Source of the DNA: Mytilus trossulus
Lineage: Eukaryota
DNA: 64,000 nt
Direction of reading: 5' to 3'
NCBI RefSeq assembly: GCF_036588685.1
Contig: NC_086376.1
Coordinates: forward strand, 3,782,001-3,846,000
In this document: piece after piece, positions 42,066 to 53,665 of the stretch
Position numbering within the stretch: the stretch's first letter is position 1
How the letters are laid out: each line of letters opens with the position of its first letter
Position numbers and translations under genes: made by a program
The notes under the pieces: generated by a model
What the model was told of the DNA's origin: nothing
The model's input: only the letters and a program-made list of their open reading frames with translations
Databases searched by the model: none

Positions 42066-42659
42066 TTAATCAACTGGTTGACCTAACTTGTGTATTATCT
42101 CTTGCATGATTTGGTGGTCAGCGTTAGAAAAATCTATTGCATATCCTAATCTAAGAAATGCTTTCATGATTTTTTGTTTAACACATCCAGTTTCCATGAT
42201 ATCGTAGTTAATTATGACAATTTGTTTGGAATAGGATCTGTCGTCTCTATAAGTATTCCAATTTAGTTTCCATTCGAGGTTTGCATAGTGATCTTCCAAA
42301 TATGTATCCGACAGTACAACAATAAAAGACTTGCATTTTGAAATAACTTTTCGAATTTCTACTTCGCGAATCGCCCCTATTTCAAAATCGCGACATGGTA
42401 AAAAGAGTTTATAACCTTTGGCTTCTAAATGTTTTATCAAATCTTCTACAACCCATTTCCGAATAATTTCATTGTTGTCGTCAAATGATAAATATGCATC
42501 ATAGCATATAGAGTTGTAGTCTATTTCAACAAGTTCATTGATTCCACATGTATAGTGAAAGGATATGTCATTTAATCTTCTAGATTGTTGTTGCCTTGAG
42601 AATAGCAACACTTCATATTTGAATTGATAACACAGGTATGATGCTATTGTGTAAGCCAA
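42066..42659 (-). pseudogene. TLR C-terminal piece: TM end and intact TIR domain ORF
   Basis: YDAYLSF (box 1), GYKLFLPCRDFEIG (box 2), SFIVVLS and LEW motifs. Confidence 0.9.
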
Positions 42660-43935
42660 AAAAGTGTCCCATGAAATTGTGTCCTCTAGAACATTATTTC
42701 ACAGTTCAGCTGTGAATTTTTGTTCATGGGACAAAATATCACATTTGTTAACCATAAAATAGTGTCTCCCTTAGTGAAACATTGTCCCTAATACTTGTAC
42801 ATAATTTCATGGATGATTTATAAAAGTATATCACAAAGGACAATATTTCATAGTGTAGCTATTTTTTTCTGTCCCTATAGAAGGGAAATAATTTAGAAAT
42901 CATTCAAATGTTTTAATCAATTAGTTAAATCATAATTGAAAATTAGATAAAGACAACACAGATATGAACAAAAATGGAAAGTGATGAATATAAACAGCTG
43001 TATAATTATGTGTCTTATGGTCAATTTCCTCCAGAATTAATAATGATAGGAGATCATTGAGAAGGAAGGCAAAGCAGTTTCAAATTAAAAACAATGAAAT
43101 GTATTATATACATGTTGACAAAAAAACCACAAGAGCAAACATTAAAACTTGTAATACATAAAGACAAATTAAAACCAGTGTTGTATTTATGTCATAATGA
43201 GAGTGAATGTTATTCCTGACATTATTGATTTTGTTAAAAAGGATTATTCAAAGATGTTTAAACAATAGACCACTTTCGAGTTCATCCGTCACCAGAAAAA
43301 ACTCGTCAATTATATGCGCCTTTATGACGTCATTTACCAGATAGAGGGGGTCGCCTGTATCCCTGCACTATTAACGTTCTTCAAGCGTCTTAGTGATCGT
43401 CATTGTGCAGGATAAACTAGAATTTATGGTTGTTTTGTAGGTACTTAATGACAATTCCCATATTAAATGACAGCAATGCTGATTGTCAATTTTGAGAATT
43501 CAATTTGCAGAATATTTCGTACAATATAGAATTATAGTTTTCCAACCACTCGCTCAACATTGGAATGGAAGTGATGCCGCCCCTAAACGCACAAATGATG
43601 TTCACTAAAACCAGATTTTTTGACGGAAACACATCGGACTCGAAAGTTGTCTATTCATAGATACCTATTGTTTATTTAAATACAAATGTCAATTTAGTCT
43701 TATTATTTTTTGTAAAATAAATTTTGTAGAATTAGACAAGACTTTTATGCAATATGGACATGATTTCACTATGAAAAAATGTCCAACGAAGGTCACAATA
43801 GTATCTCTTGTCAAGGGACACTTTTACATAGAGGTGGACAATATTTTATAATAAAATTATGTCCTGGACCAAATTTCATAGATCATATCTATGAAATTGT
43901 GTCCATGGGACATAATTTCATGGGGGACATTATTT
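42660..43935. mobile_element. Non-autonomous TIR DNA transposon inserted in the TLR TM-coding region
   Basis: Imperfect TIRs aaaagtgtcccatgaaattgtgtcc / ggacataatttcatgggggacattattt with subterminal tgtcc/ggaca repeats. Removing the element restores GAIVG(F)LAYTIA. Confidence 0.8.
43264..43655. mobile_element. MITE nested in the TIR element
   Basis: 18-bp TIR aatagaccactttcgagt / actcgaaagttgtctatt with 1 mismatch. Confidence 0.75.
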
Positions 43936-44785
43936 AATCCTACAATTGCTCCAAATATAAAAACTCCTATCGTGATAATATTCAAAATCTTTTGTTCTAT
44001 GTTTTGATCTTCGCCGCACAGATCAGATTTTGAAATAAGAGCAGCATTAATGAAGCTTTTGTGTGTTTCACATGTTATTTCGTTGTATGAACAGTTAATT
44101 ACATGCTGTCTCTCTAACCAAAGCTTGATCCATATCATGCTGCACGTACATTCTATAGTGATTTTGCCAAATCTAATGACACATGGATCTTTTAACAGGA
44201 GTTCTTTGTGCAACATTTGGATACGATTGTTTCTGAGATCAATAAAGTCCATATTTTGTATAATTCCGTATATTGAAGAATCCGTATTGAAAATGAAGTT
44301 GAAGGATAAATCATTTCTTATTGTTCTTTCGAGGTATTCGTGCTTTTTGAAAAATGTTATTCTGTTGTGTCTTAGGTCAATGTCTAGACCAGACATGTCA
44401 GGAACTACATGGGGCATACTAATATACAGTTGTGATGTGCAATTCACCACAACCCTATTTTGGGAAGGTTGATCAAAACAGTTACATCTATGAGGACATT
44501 TTTCTTTTTCTGTTATGTTGCAAATCAATAGGTCTGCAGTATGGGTTTTCATACTAAACAATCCTAGACTAAAGCCCTTTAAATGAGGTGGATGGACACA
44601 TTCAGACAAACCCAATATATAATACTGGTCCATAGCTTGGGAAGCCATAAGTATTAACCAAGTATTCATCCAACATTTTACAATCGCATATCCATGTATT
44701 ACCTCTTACATCCATTGTGTATCTGAACGCAGTTGTCATTGCATCTTCAGCAGAAAATCCCAAAGTAATATATATTACGTACATG
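43936..44785 (-). pseudogene. TLR middle piece: LRR-CT, LRR-NT, LRRs, LRR-CT, TM start
   Basis: ORFs 44602-44865 and 43857-44669 joined by a frameshift; includes IDLRHNRI, IDLRNNRI and CTCSMIWIKLWL. Confidence 0.88.
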
Positions 44786-44790
44786 GGGGG

Positions 44791-44837
44791 ATACAACGTT
44801 TCCGGAAAGTACGGATTCAACATACAGATATATAACA
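44791..44837 (-). repeat. Truncated 3' LTR (47 bp), preceded by the polypurine tract at 44838-44846
   Basis: 47/47 identity to 53038-53084. Confidence 0.85.
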
Positions 44838-45515
44838 TCCCCGCCCAAAAATTAAAAATTCCCATATTTTTCGAAAATGTTGAATTCGTACTCCAAGAAG
44901 AAAAAGATTCAAAATTTCATATAGAACAATACAACATACAAAATAACAGGCACCTTTAAACTTCATCATCTATTAATTTCCCATGTTTCACAGACATGTA
45001 AATACACATACATATGACCAAATGCTAGTTACTCTCTAACTTCAACATAAATATGATGTGGCGAAATCTTATAAAATATAGCATATTAACATTTACTGAA
45101 TTTTAGTGTGCTTGCTAAAAAGTGATTGATATACAGTACGAGATTAGATTCAGTGGAGTCCCTACTCCTACTAATGGTTAGATACACCTTATAATGAATA
45201 AAATTTATAGGTTACACTATGAGGGAAAAAAAATAATCTACTATTGCGCCAACTTTCATGGTACCATCCCTATCATACACAGATTCTCTCGATAAAATAA
45301 AACAATAAAGTGATACAAATAAATTTCAGCAGAACAAGACTATCAACTAGGGTTTATTTCTGAGTCATCTCTAATGCACCACTATCACACAAATCAGATT
45401 TCCTTTTCTTACTGTGCACAGACAAATGGAAAATTTAAATGCTAGGATTTCCATCAAATCAGTCATACATAATGTTCGTTATCATACCAAATCAATTCTT
45501 CATCAATCTTTATCT

Positions 45516-46230
45516 TCTATCCCATCGAATTGGAGATAAAGGATACTACAGATACAGTTAAGTCGGCTTCATATCTTGACTTACATCTAGAAATTGACAA
45601 TGAGGGTCGGTTGAAGACAAAACTTTACGACAAAAGAGATGATTTCAGCTTTCCAATTGTGAACTTTCCATTTCTAAGTAGCAACATTCCAGCAGCACCT
45701 GCATACGGGGTATATATCTCCCAATTGATGCGATATTCCCGTGCTTGCATTTCCTATCATGATTTTCTTGATAGAGGGTTACTACTCACAAGGAAGCTAT
45801 TAAACCAAGAGTTCCAAATGGTGAAGTTGAAATCATCCCTTCGTAAATTTTACGGACGCCATCACGAGTTGGTTGACCGTTATGGAATAACCGTTTCACA
45901 AATGATATCGGATATGTTCCTTACGTCGTAACTACAATCCCCTTCCCTTTCATGAATTTGACCTACCGAATTAGACTATTTACCGGATTTGTAATCACAT
46001 AAGCAACACGACGGGTGCCGCATGTGGAGCAGGATCTGCTTACCCTTCCGGAGCAAATGAGATCACCCCTAGTTTTTGGTGGGGTTCGTGTTGTTTATTC
46101 TTTAGTTTTCTATGTTGTGTCATGTGTACTATTGTTTTTCTGTTTGTCTTTTTCATTTTTAGCCATGGCGTTGTCAGTTTGTTTTGGATTTACGAGTTTG
46201 ACTGTCCCTTTGGTGTCTTTCGTCCCTCTC
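45516..46230 (+). mobile_element. 5'-truncated Penelope-like element (RT thumb and 3' region) nested in the Gypsy 3' region
   Basis: ELEIKDTTD…SYLDL…[24 protein letters not shown]…YGVYISQL, with no C-terminal GIY-YIG before the stop. Confidence 0.85.
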
Positions 46231-46900
46231 CTTTACTAACAAGTAAATTTAAGTATCGCAGTACTTCATTTTAAAACATTAACTTCTACCTCTATGACTT
46301 TTCAAAATATTTCACATATTGAGGTATACCAAAAAAAACTAACCATTAGCAACTCAACTACTTAAAAAATACAACAATAAATCCAATAAAATAGCTTGAC
46401 TATCTAATCTAATCAACATATTTACATGTGGACCAACAACGAAAAAAATCATTCAACACAGTGAACTTTGACGGTATTTTCACACTCAGTGTATTTCAAA
46501 AAAAAATAATTAATTGATTCATTTAAATCTTTTTAGCAATTAAACAATTTACTGTCTTAAGTGAGCCAAAACATGAAAGTCTTTTCAAATGGAAACTTTT
46601 AAAAAGAAAAATTAATACTTTCTCAAAACTTTGTATGTCGTTATATTCAAATAGTTAAAATTAATACTTAAAAAATAACAGTTCTGTGACAAAAAAAAAC
46701 CAACATCTTCAATATGTGTTTGCAATAAATGATATTACTACATGTACTAATCATAAAATGTATCAATAAAATGTATCTTCAAAACAGTTCAAGTAAATTG
46801 TATCTTGTTCTGTAACTTTCGATATGCATGAGATAAATCTCACAGCAAAATATGTCTTATTCAGCCTTCTGTTTGCGATATAAATCTCACAGACATGCGT

Positions 46901-49900
46901 TTACGGAATAATCGGAGGTGGTCTCGACTTCAATAAGGCACGCGCCTTTGGTCCTAACTGATTGTCTTCGATCCAAATTGCGTTTTGCGCCGGTTCCCCT
47001 ATTAAATGCGCAAGGTAGCGAGTATTTCCATCGTGATTTTTCTTTGCTAAAAATCTTTTCACTTTTAATAATGTCCCGTCTGACGCAGAGCTTGTTTCGG
47101 TGCCTGATGTTACAAAATAATCGTCTCTGAAGCGAATAGGTTTTTGTCTCTGTCTTGTTGATCGCCGGAGATTTGGCACTTCTTGAATTACGTTATTTGT
47201 GCTAGATTGTTCACTAATCAAATTATCATGACTTGCTGAAGCAGTATCCACGATATCTTGTTTGTTTATAACACGATCCATAAAATATTCACATGGATTT
47301 GGTACACGAATATACGCTGGTTTCAAACGGTATGCACTTTTGGAATAATTTTGTTTGTATTTAGGTCCATTAACGAATAAAGATGTAGACTGTCTATTTG
47401 ATGAATGAAATACGGTCCTGCATGTTTTAGCTTAAATTTCTGACCAGCCCCTCTGGGGTCTTTTCCTAAGTACACATAATCCCCTTTTTCTAGAGACAAA
47501 TTATGAGCTTTCTGATAAGCCCTTTCGATCATTGATATTTTAGATTTTTCTGAATTTTCACGCACTTGTTTTCGAATAAATTCAAGTTTGTCAGCAAACT
47601 CTCGGATATAATTGTGATAATCTTTGGGAATTTCTGAAAATGCGGTTTTTGATACACACGATAAGGGAAATGATGGTCTTTGTCCATAGATAATCTCAAA
47701 TGGTGAATATTTTGTTCCTTCATTTACGGAATTGTTCATAGAAAAGACGATGCTTGGAATAAAATCCTCCCAATTTGTATTGTTCAACAAATACGGTGTA
47801 ATTCGCTCTGCTAATGTTCTGTGTGAGCGTTCGCAAGTTCCCAAACAGTGATGTGTAAAACTTGGTGTGAATTGTTGTTTGATATTTAAAAGTCTACATA
47901 TTTCTTTTGTGCATTTTCCTATCATCTCGGATCCATGATCGCTAATTAGAGTATCAAAAACACCAAACTGAGTGATTATTTTATAAAGTGCATGCGAAAC
48001 AGTAATTGGGTCGGAATTTGGTATAGGCTCTGTAAAAATAAACTTGCTAAACATATCGACTGCAGTACACACGTAACTGTTGCCTGACTAAGACACTGGA
48101 ACAGGACCAAAAAGGTCAATTTCCCAAACTTGAAAAGGACGAATTGGAGTTTGAAAAGCAACAATGCCGGCTTTAGTCTTTCTCGTAGTCATCTTACGAC
48201 ACTGGCAAGCATGCCAAGATTTTATGAAGTCGGACACTTTTCCTGCTAAATTTGAAAAATAATAATGTTCCCTTATCAAATCTACTGTATGCTGAATCCC
48301 GCCATGGCCTCCAAGTGGTGAATCGTGGTAAAGCGAAATAATTGTTTTTACGGCTATTTCAGGTAATGCAAGCTGATACTGACAAAATTGTTGTGTTCGC
48401 TTAGATCTTGCGACTCTAGTGTGAAAAAGCAAATCATCGAATAACAAAATTTCTCCTGATTCAAGTAGAACTTTACGGGCTAGTTTTTGTGATTGTGGTA
48501 AATCACCATTTTCTAAATATCGGAAAATATTGCCAAATTGCGGGTCATTAACTTGTAACTGTTTTAAACTTTTCGGACTGAAATCACAATTTCGGAAAAT
48601 TTTCATCGATTCTATTTTCTGTTGGACAGTTTGCTCATCGGAAATAAAATTAACATCTGACGAATCGTCTACAGTTGCCGATACTATGCTATCACTTTCA
48701 GGGATATTTGATGAGCTTAATGCAGATTGGCTCGTTTCGACGTTATTTGTAATAAATTGACTTGCTTCGCTTGAATTGTTCATCATAAGGTATTCATCAC
48801 TTGTTTCACCTTTATCGTAAGATTGGACAGAATGTTCTCTTTCGGAAACTTTTGTAGTTGAGTCGGAAATGTCAGACGCCATCGGTTTTTCGACTATCGA
48901 TATGGGTCGATTCATGCGAATTCGTTTCTTAGTAAATTTGCGTTTAACACAATCATCATTTTCCTCGGTATCGCCATCATATTCAAGGTCTGTTTGTTTG
49001 AAAGATTCACTGACTGGCCTACTAAACAAATTTTGCAAAATATCAATATTATTCAGCTGTAGCTCGTCAGTGTCACTTGATTTGTCACTACACAATAAGT
49101 TGGTAAAAGGTATGCCATTCGGAGTAATAATATTTCCGACATTTTCGGTGTGATAGGGAAAATATGGATCAATCTGGTCCGGACTTTCAAAACCTGTTGT
49201 TGACGATTTGTTAGACGCACGGGACAGAGCGTCGGCGACTTGCATGTCTTTACCCGGTTTATATCTCAATTCAAAATTAAACTGCTGTAATATGGCAATC
49301 CATCTTTCATAGATTGCTCCTTTTAACTGTTTTTGAAAAAGTGGCTTAAGTGCTTGGTGATCGCATTCAACTACGAATTTTTGTCCCCTTAAATACATTG
49401 AACAGTCTAATATTGCTGTTACCATACCAAGAATCTCCAATTTTGTGGGACCATAAGACCTCTGCCATTTACTTAGAGACTTTGAACCAAAACGAATAAC
49501 ACGCAATTCTTCACTAGAATCATCCATTGGGTGTTGTTGATATAACATATATCCTATTCCTTTACACGATGTGTCAACTGCAAGGTAAAACGGCAGGTCG
49601 TACTTCGGAAACGCAAGAACTGGTGAGTTTGCTAGTAATGTTTTAACTTTCTTAAAAGCCTGTTCCTGTTCGATTCGCCATTTAAGTTTTACAGATTTTT
49701 TCAGTAACTTGGTCATTGGGTCAACTTCCGCACTAAAGTTTTGTATGTACTTTCGAAACCAGTTAAAAAGTCCAATGGCTCGCCGTAAATCTGTAACCGA
49801 TGTTGGCGATGGCATATCTAGTACTGCACTAACACGATCGGCGGGAGGTTGAATTCCATCTTTTGATATCAGATGTCCAAGAAAAACGCAAGAACTTTGT

Positions 49901-51597
49901 GCGAATGAACATTTCTTCGGTCCGAGCTTTAATCCGGCAGTGGCAAGACGATTGAAAACTTCATTTAAATCACCAATATGATCCTCAAATGTTTCAGAAA
50001 CTATCAGTATATTGTTCAAGTAACATAAACAAGATCAAAATGTCAAGCCTTTCAAAACTTTGTCCATTAATAGCTGCATGGACGCTGGAGCAGAACTTAA
50101 ACCCATTGGTAAACGGAGAAATTTATACGATCCAAAACAAGTGTTAAACGCAGTATATCGTTGACTTTCCATTGAAATAGGTAATTGGAAAAATCCAGAG
50201 CTCAAATCTATTGATGTAAGAAAAACTGGTTTTCGGTCAGAAAAAGATTCGGTTAAGTCTTGTAAATCTGGTATTGAATACCGGAAGTCTTGACATTGAC
50301 TATTTAAGTACCTAAAGTCACAACAAAATCTGAACTGAGACAAACTTGTAGATTTATTCATTGAAGTGTTTTTGGATTGAGGTCTCGTTCTTTTAGATAC
50401 AAGAACTATCGGACTAGTAATCGGTATATCTTCCGTTTCTTGAACCGGTGAAATAATGCCCTGTTTTAGTAATTCATCCAAGTGATCACGTAGTACATTT
50501 TTCTTGTCCGGTGACAATCTATACGATTGTTGATGCTTCGGTTTAAAGTCTGGTTTTAAGCAAATGTTATGTTTAACAAGTTCTGTATATCCTAACCTTG
50601 GATTTTCATCGGTAACAAACAAATCTTTATATTGAATTAAAAATTGTGATATTTGCCGCTGCTCATCGGTTGATAAATGTTTCGGCAATTCAAAGTTTGA
50701 CAAAAACTTGGACTCTGTTTCCTTACCTGAATTGTGACTACTTTTATCTAATTGTACATTTTGAACAAAGTGTTTGTCTTTGTCATCTGCATTGATCAAC
50801 ATGTAATCTTCCGTGAACGGTTCAAAACTAGCAATAATGTCTCCACGTGAGATAAATATTTGGTCATTAGTAGGATTTAATAACTTGATCGGAACAGTTT
50901 TATGACTATTTACAGTTACAACGGCTTTTGAAATTAGAAGTCCGCTTTTCAACAAATGAGAACTATTCTGACACATTCCTGTTTGTCCCTGTAGAATAAA
51001 GTTTGCCACTTTACCCCATATCAAAAGTTCAGAATTTGGATCTACAGTAACATGCTTTTGTAATTTTATTTTCGCTGTTTTATTTGAGACAGATAAACTA
51101 CTAAAATCCAATACAATTTTCTTTGAAATTAAGTAACTCGTACCAAGAATCAATGGATGTGAAGATTGAGTTAGAATATATGTATGTATCCAATGCTTGC
51201 CCTGTGGCACTTGTATTTTGACGGTACATTTGCCAACAATATTAACGGACTGGTTATTCGCCAAAACTATTTTCTCTGATACCGAACATATCGAAGTTTT
51301 ACAAGTGTCAGGCAAAGAATCATAAAAACTTTTAGAAATAATGTTTATTGAACTTCCAGAGTCTACAAGTGCAGCGACAGATATGTGATTGACCTTGACG
51401 GGCATATGAATAAATTGAGATTTGAAACTAGTTAAATTTTCATCAGTAAATTCGCAGTCTTCAGTATCAGTGGTATAATTAACATAGTTTAGTTCTTCAC
51501 GTTGACGACTTTGAGGCGGACTCCTTTTTCTGGCACCTATGGATGAACGCCCGGAGGAGCGTGCCCTATGACCCCCGGGTTCGACTGGTTTCCCGGA
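46901..51597 (-). pseudogene. pol: Gypsy Pol (PR-RT-RNaseH-IN-chromo-like), disrupted
   Basis: Protease LVDSGS. RT has FCCDFRYLN, IDLSSGFFQL and LPMGL, with YLDD read as YLNN. RNase H has AVDTS, CDHQAL and ADALSR. IN has an H2C2 remnant and DDE (IDLFGP, SDHGSE, ERSHRT). Stops at 50035 and 48088, frameshift near 47325. Confidence 0.92.
51532..51594 (-). promoter_or_regulatory. gag-pol -1 ribosomal frameshift signal (G GGA AAC plus stem-loop/pseudoknot)
   Basis: Slippery heptamer at 51594-51588 in the gag frame. The pol frame is -1 and opens at 51597. A downstream stem cccggggg/cctccggg has loop ggcac complementary to downstream gtgcc. Confidence 0.75.
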
Positions 51598-52661
51598 TTA
51601 CTATGATGGTAACACTGAAAAGCACCATGACCGAATTGCTGACAAAGTTGACACTGCGTAGTTGGACTTATTTCACCGTGACCATTCCATTTGCAATTTG
51701 CTCGATAATGACCAGGAGCCTGACAATTAAAGCATGTTTTTTGTCGGTTATTTCCTGCCTGACCTGAAAAGTTATTGTTGTAACGAGGGTTGTTGTAACG
51801 AGGTTTTTGATATTTTGGAGGCATTTCTGGTTTGATATCGGTACTTTGTGATTTTAATTCTGATAATGCTTTTGTGAGCTCTTTAACTTGGTTTTGTAAA
51901 TCTTGAACCGCATTATTATCATTAGCAACCATTGGCTTAGCAGCTGCTACACAAACTTCATCATTCTTCCTATACCCATAGGCTTCGCCCATTTTAGCTG
52001 CAGCCAACGCACTAACACTGTCTTTATGTGTACCAGCCCTAAAAAAAAACGCAAGCTGTTCCGATAAACCCTTGATAAACTGAGAGAGAATTTCATGGTC
52101 CTTCTTTTTCAAAATCTGAGCTTTCTTAACTATCTGTCCATAAAAATCTTCCAAAATTTGACCCCTACTTAATTTCATATTTTGAAAATTTTCGCTCTCA
52201 AGGAACACAGTTGGACTTTGCCAATCTAACTCAATATACTTTTCTTCAAAAATTGTAAGAAAATGTCTCCATGTACGTTTGCTTCCCGAATCTAGTGAAT
52301 TAAACCATGTTAATGCAGGCCCTGTTAAATTAAGGTGGAAAGCGGCAATCATTCTCTGATCATCGATATGGTCAATTTTGTGCAGAGTTGCAAATGAAGT
52401 AAATTCTTTCATAAACACTGACGTATTTTCGTGAGGATACCCCCCAAATTTGCGACAAGCAGCCAATTTTTCCATTATTGTATCTGAATCTCGAATGAAA
52501 CTTCCTGATTGATTTGCCAATGACACAGAATTATTGGGAGTGTTAATTTTAGGAACTAAAGAAAGTAATTCGTTGAATTCGGCATCCTCAGATTCGTAAT
52601 TTCGTGGCAAATAAGGGTCATGAAAAAGAGCTAGATCGTCTTCACTATCATATCGGTTCAT
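51537..52661 (-). CDS. gag: Gypsy Gag (374 aa) with two CCHC zinc knuckles
   Basis: Retrotransposon gag core (LTGPALTWF…) and knuckles CFNCQAPGHYRANC and CQLCQQFGHGAFQC. Confidence 0.9.
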   Translation of the reverse strand: MNRYDSEDDLALFHDPYLPRNYESEDAEFNELLSLVPKINTPNNSVSLANQSGSFIRDSDTIMEKLAACRKFGGYPHENTSVFMKEFTSFATLHKIDHIDDQRMIAAFHLNLTGPALTWFNSLDSGSKRTWRHFLTIFEEKYIELDWQSPTVFLESENFQNMKLSRGQILEDFYGQIVKKAQILKKKDHEILSQFIKGLSEQLAFFFRAGTHKDSVSALAAAKMGEAYGYRKNDEVCVAAAKPMVANDNNAVQDLQNQVKELTKALSELKSQSTDIKPEMPPKYQKPRYNNPRYNNNFSGQAGNNRQKTCFNCQAPGHYRANCKWNGHGEISPTTQCQLCQQFGHGAFQCYHHSNPGNQSNPGVIGHAPPGVHP

Positions 52662-52871
52662 GGGTGACGCTTCTTGTCATAGAAAATTCAAATGTAACGA
52701 GATAAATCTCACATACATAAATAAACAGTTTTATTCAAACATACAGCCATTTTCTGCCCTTATGTAATGTTGCGAGTCATACCACGTGTGTTGCACTGTT
52801 GACATTATTATCTTCATTTTAATGTTTCATATGTTCATTTTGTAATATTAGGTACCAATTGTTCGATTTTT

Positions 52872-52884
52872 GGTTCCTCCACCA
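52872..52884 (-). promoter_or_regulatory. Primer-binding site (TGGTGGAGG…, tRNA-Ala-like 3' complement)
   Basis: Directly follows the LTR terminal CA and begins TGG. The tRNA identity is an inference. Confidence 0.65.
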
Positions 52885-53084
52885 TGTGATATACCTGACT
52901 TAGGTTTGGGGGACTAAAGACGAAGTATGTATATTGCAAATAAAAAGAAGAACTTTCATATTATGATCCTTTACTTTGGATTCAAACGCCAAAAGAGGCT
53001 GATACATGTAATCATCACAACAATCATGGTTAAGACAATACAACGTTTCCGGAAAGTACGGATTCAACATACAGATATATAACA
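52885..53084 (-). repeat. 5' LTR (200 bp)
   Basis: TG…CA ends with short inverted termini; the first 47 nt are identical to 44837-44791. Confidence 0.88.
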
Positions 53085-53086
53085 TA

Positions 53087-53665
53087 CTAGCACGGAGTCG
53101 GGGGTCCCGTATGGCTTTCCATACAAAAGGTCCTGGGATGGAGTATTTTTCTAATCAACAGCATTTTCCTATATTAGTTATTAATAAAGTTGAATTCTTT
53201 GATTCGCTGTTTTACGTCATGCCCGCTAACAAATTGAAAACTGTACCTATACGCCTTATTTTTAGTATTCGTATTATTATCTTATAAAGCCTTACTGATT
53301 AAAATACTACAATAGGTAACAATTAATTATTTGACAATTTAGTAGTGTCAACCCTGTGATTATGACCCGTGTATATAGCATATCCTGAAAACACCGTTTG
53401 GTGGTGCGCCTGTCAAATGCAGAACGTACAGATAAGGTAAAAGGTAACAGATGAATATACTATTGGTATCGGTATCGGACTCGACCCGGAACTTCTTAAT
53501 TATTGGCAATATTAATTACGTGGAAAACAAAAGGGCCTGGAGTGGTGTAATTTTTAATCTACACCTTTGTACTATATTAGTTATATATAAAGTTGAATTC
53601 TTTGATTCGTCGTTTTTACGTGATGACGGCTGACAAATTGGACCTCGTAATTTTAGTATTATAGA
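53087..53665 (-). mobile_element. Non-autonomous Helitron
   Basis: On the - strand it begins A|TCTATAATACTAAAA and ends with a GC-rich hairpin then CTAG|T. It has no TSD and carries an internal ~70-bp duplication (53169-53237 vs 53572-53640). Confidence 0.75.

Larger units (their letters stand above)
44791..53084 (-). mobile_element. Ty3/Gypsy LTR retrotransposon (defective)
   Basis: 5' LTR 53084-52885 (TGTTATA…TATCACA), PBS TGGTGGAG, gag, pol in PR-RT-RH-IN order, PPT GGGCGGGGA, and a truncated 3' LTR 44837-44791 identical to the 5' LTR start. Confidence 0.93.

Noticed and set aside
45932-46010. SECIS element in the PLE 3'UTR
   Set aside because: AUGA is present, but I could not build the stem and GA quartet convincingly
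44838-46900. env-like third ORF in the long Gypsy 3' region
   Set aside because: No long - strand ORF; the region is AT-rich UTR plus a nested Penelope fragment
44602-53085. ORFs 44602-44865 and 52900-53085 sharing MLYICMLNPYFPETLY as duplicated genes
   Set aside because: The shared peptide is translated LTR sequence
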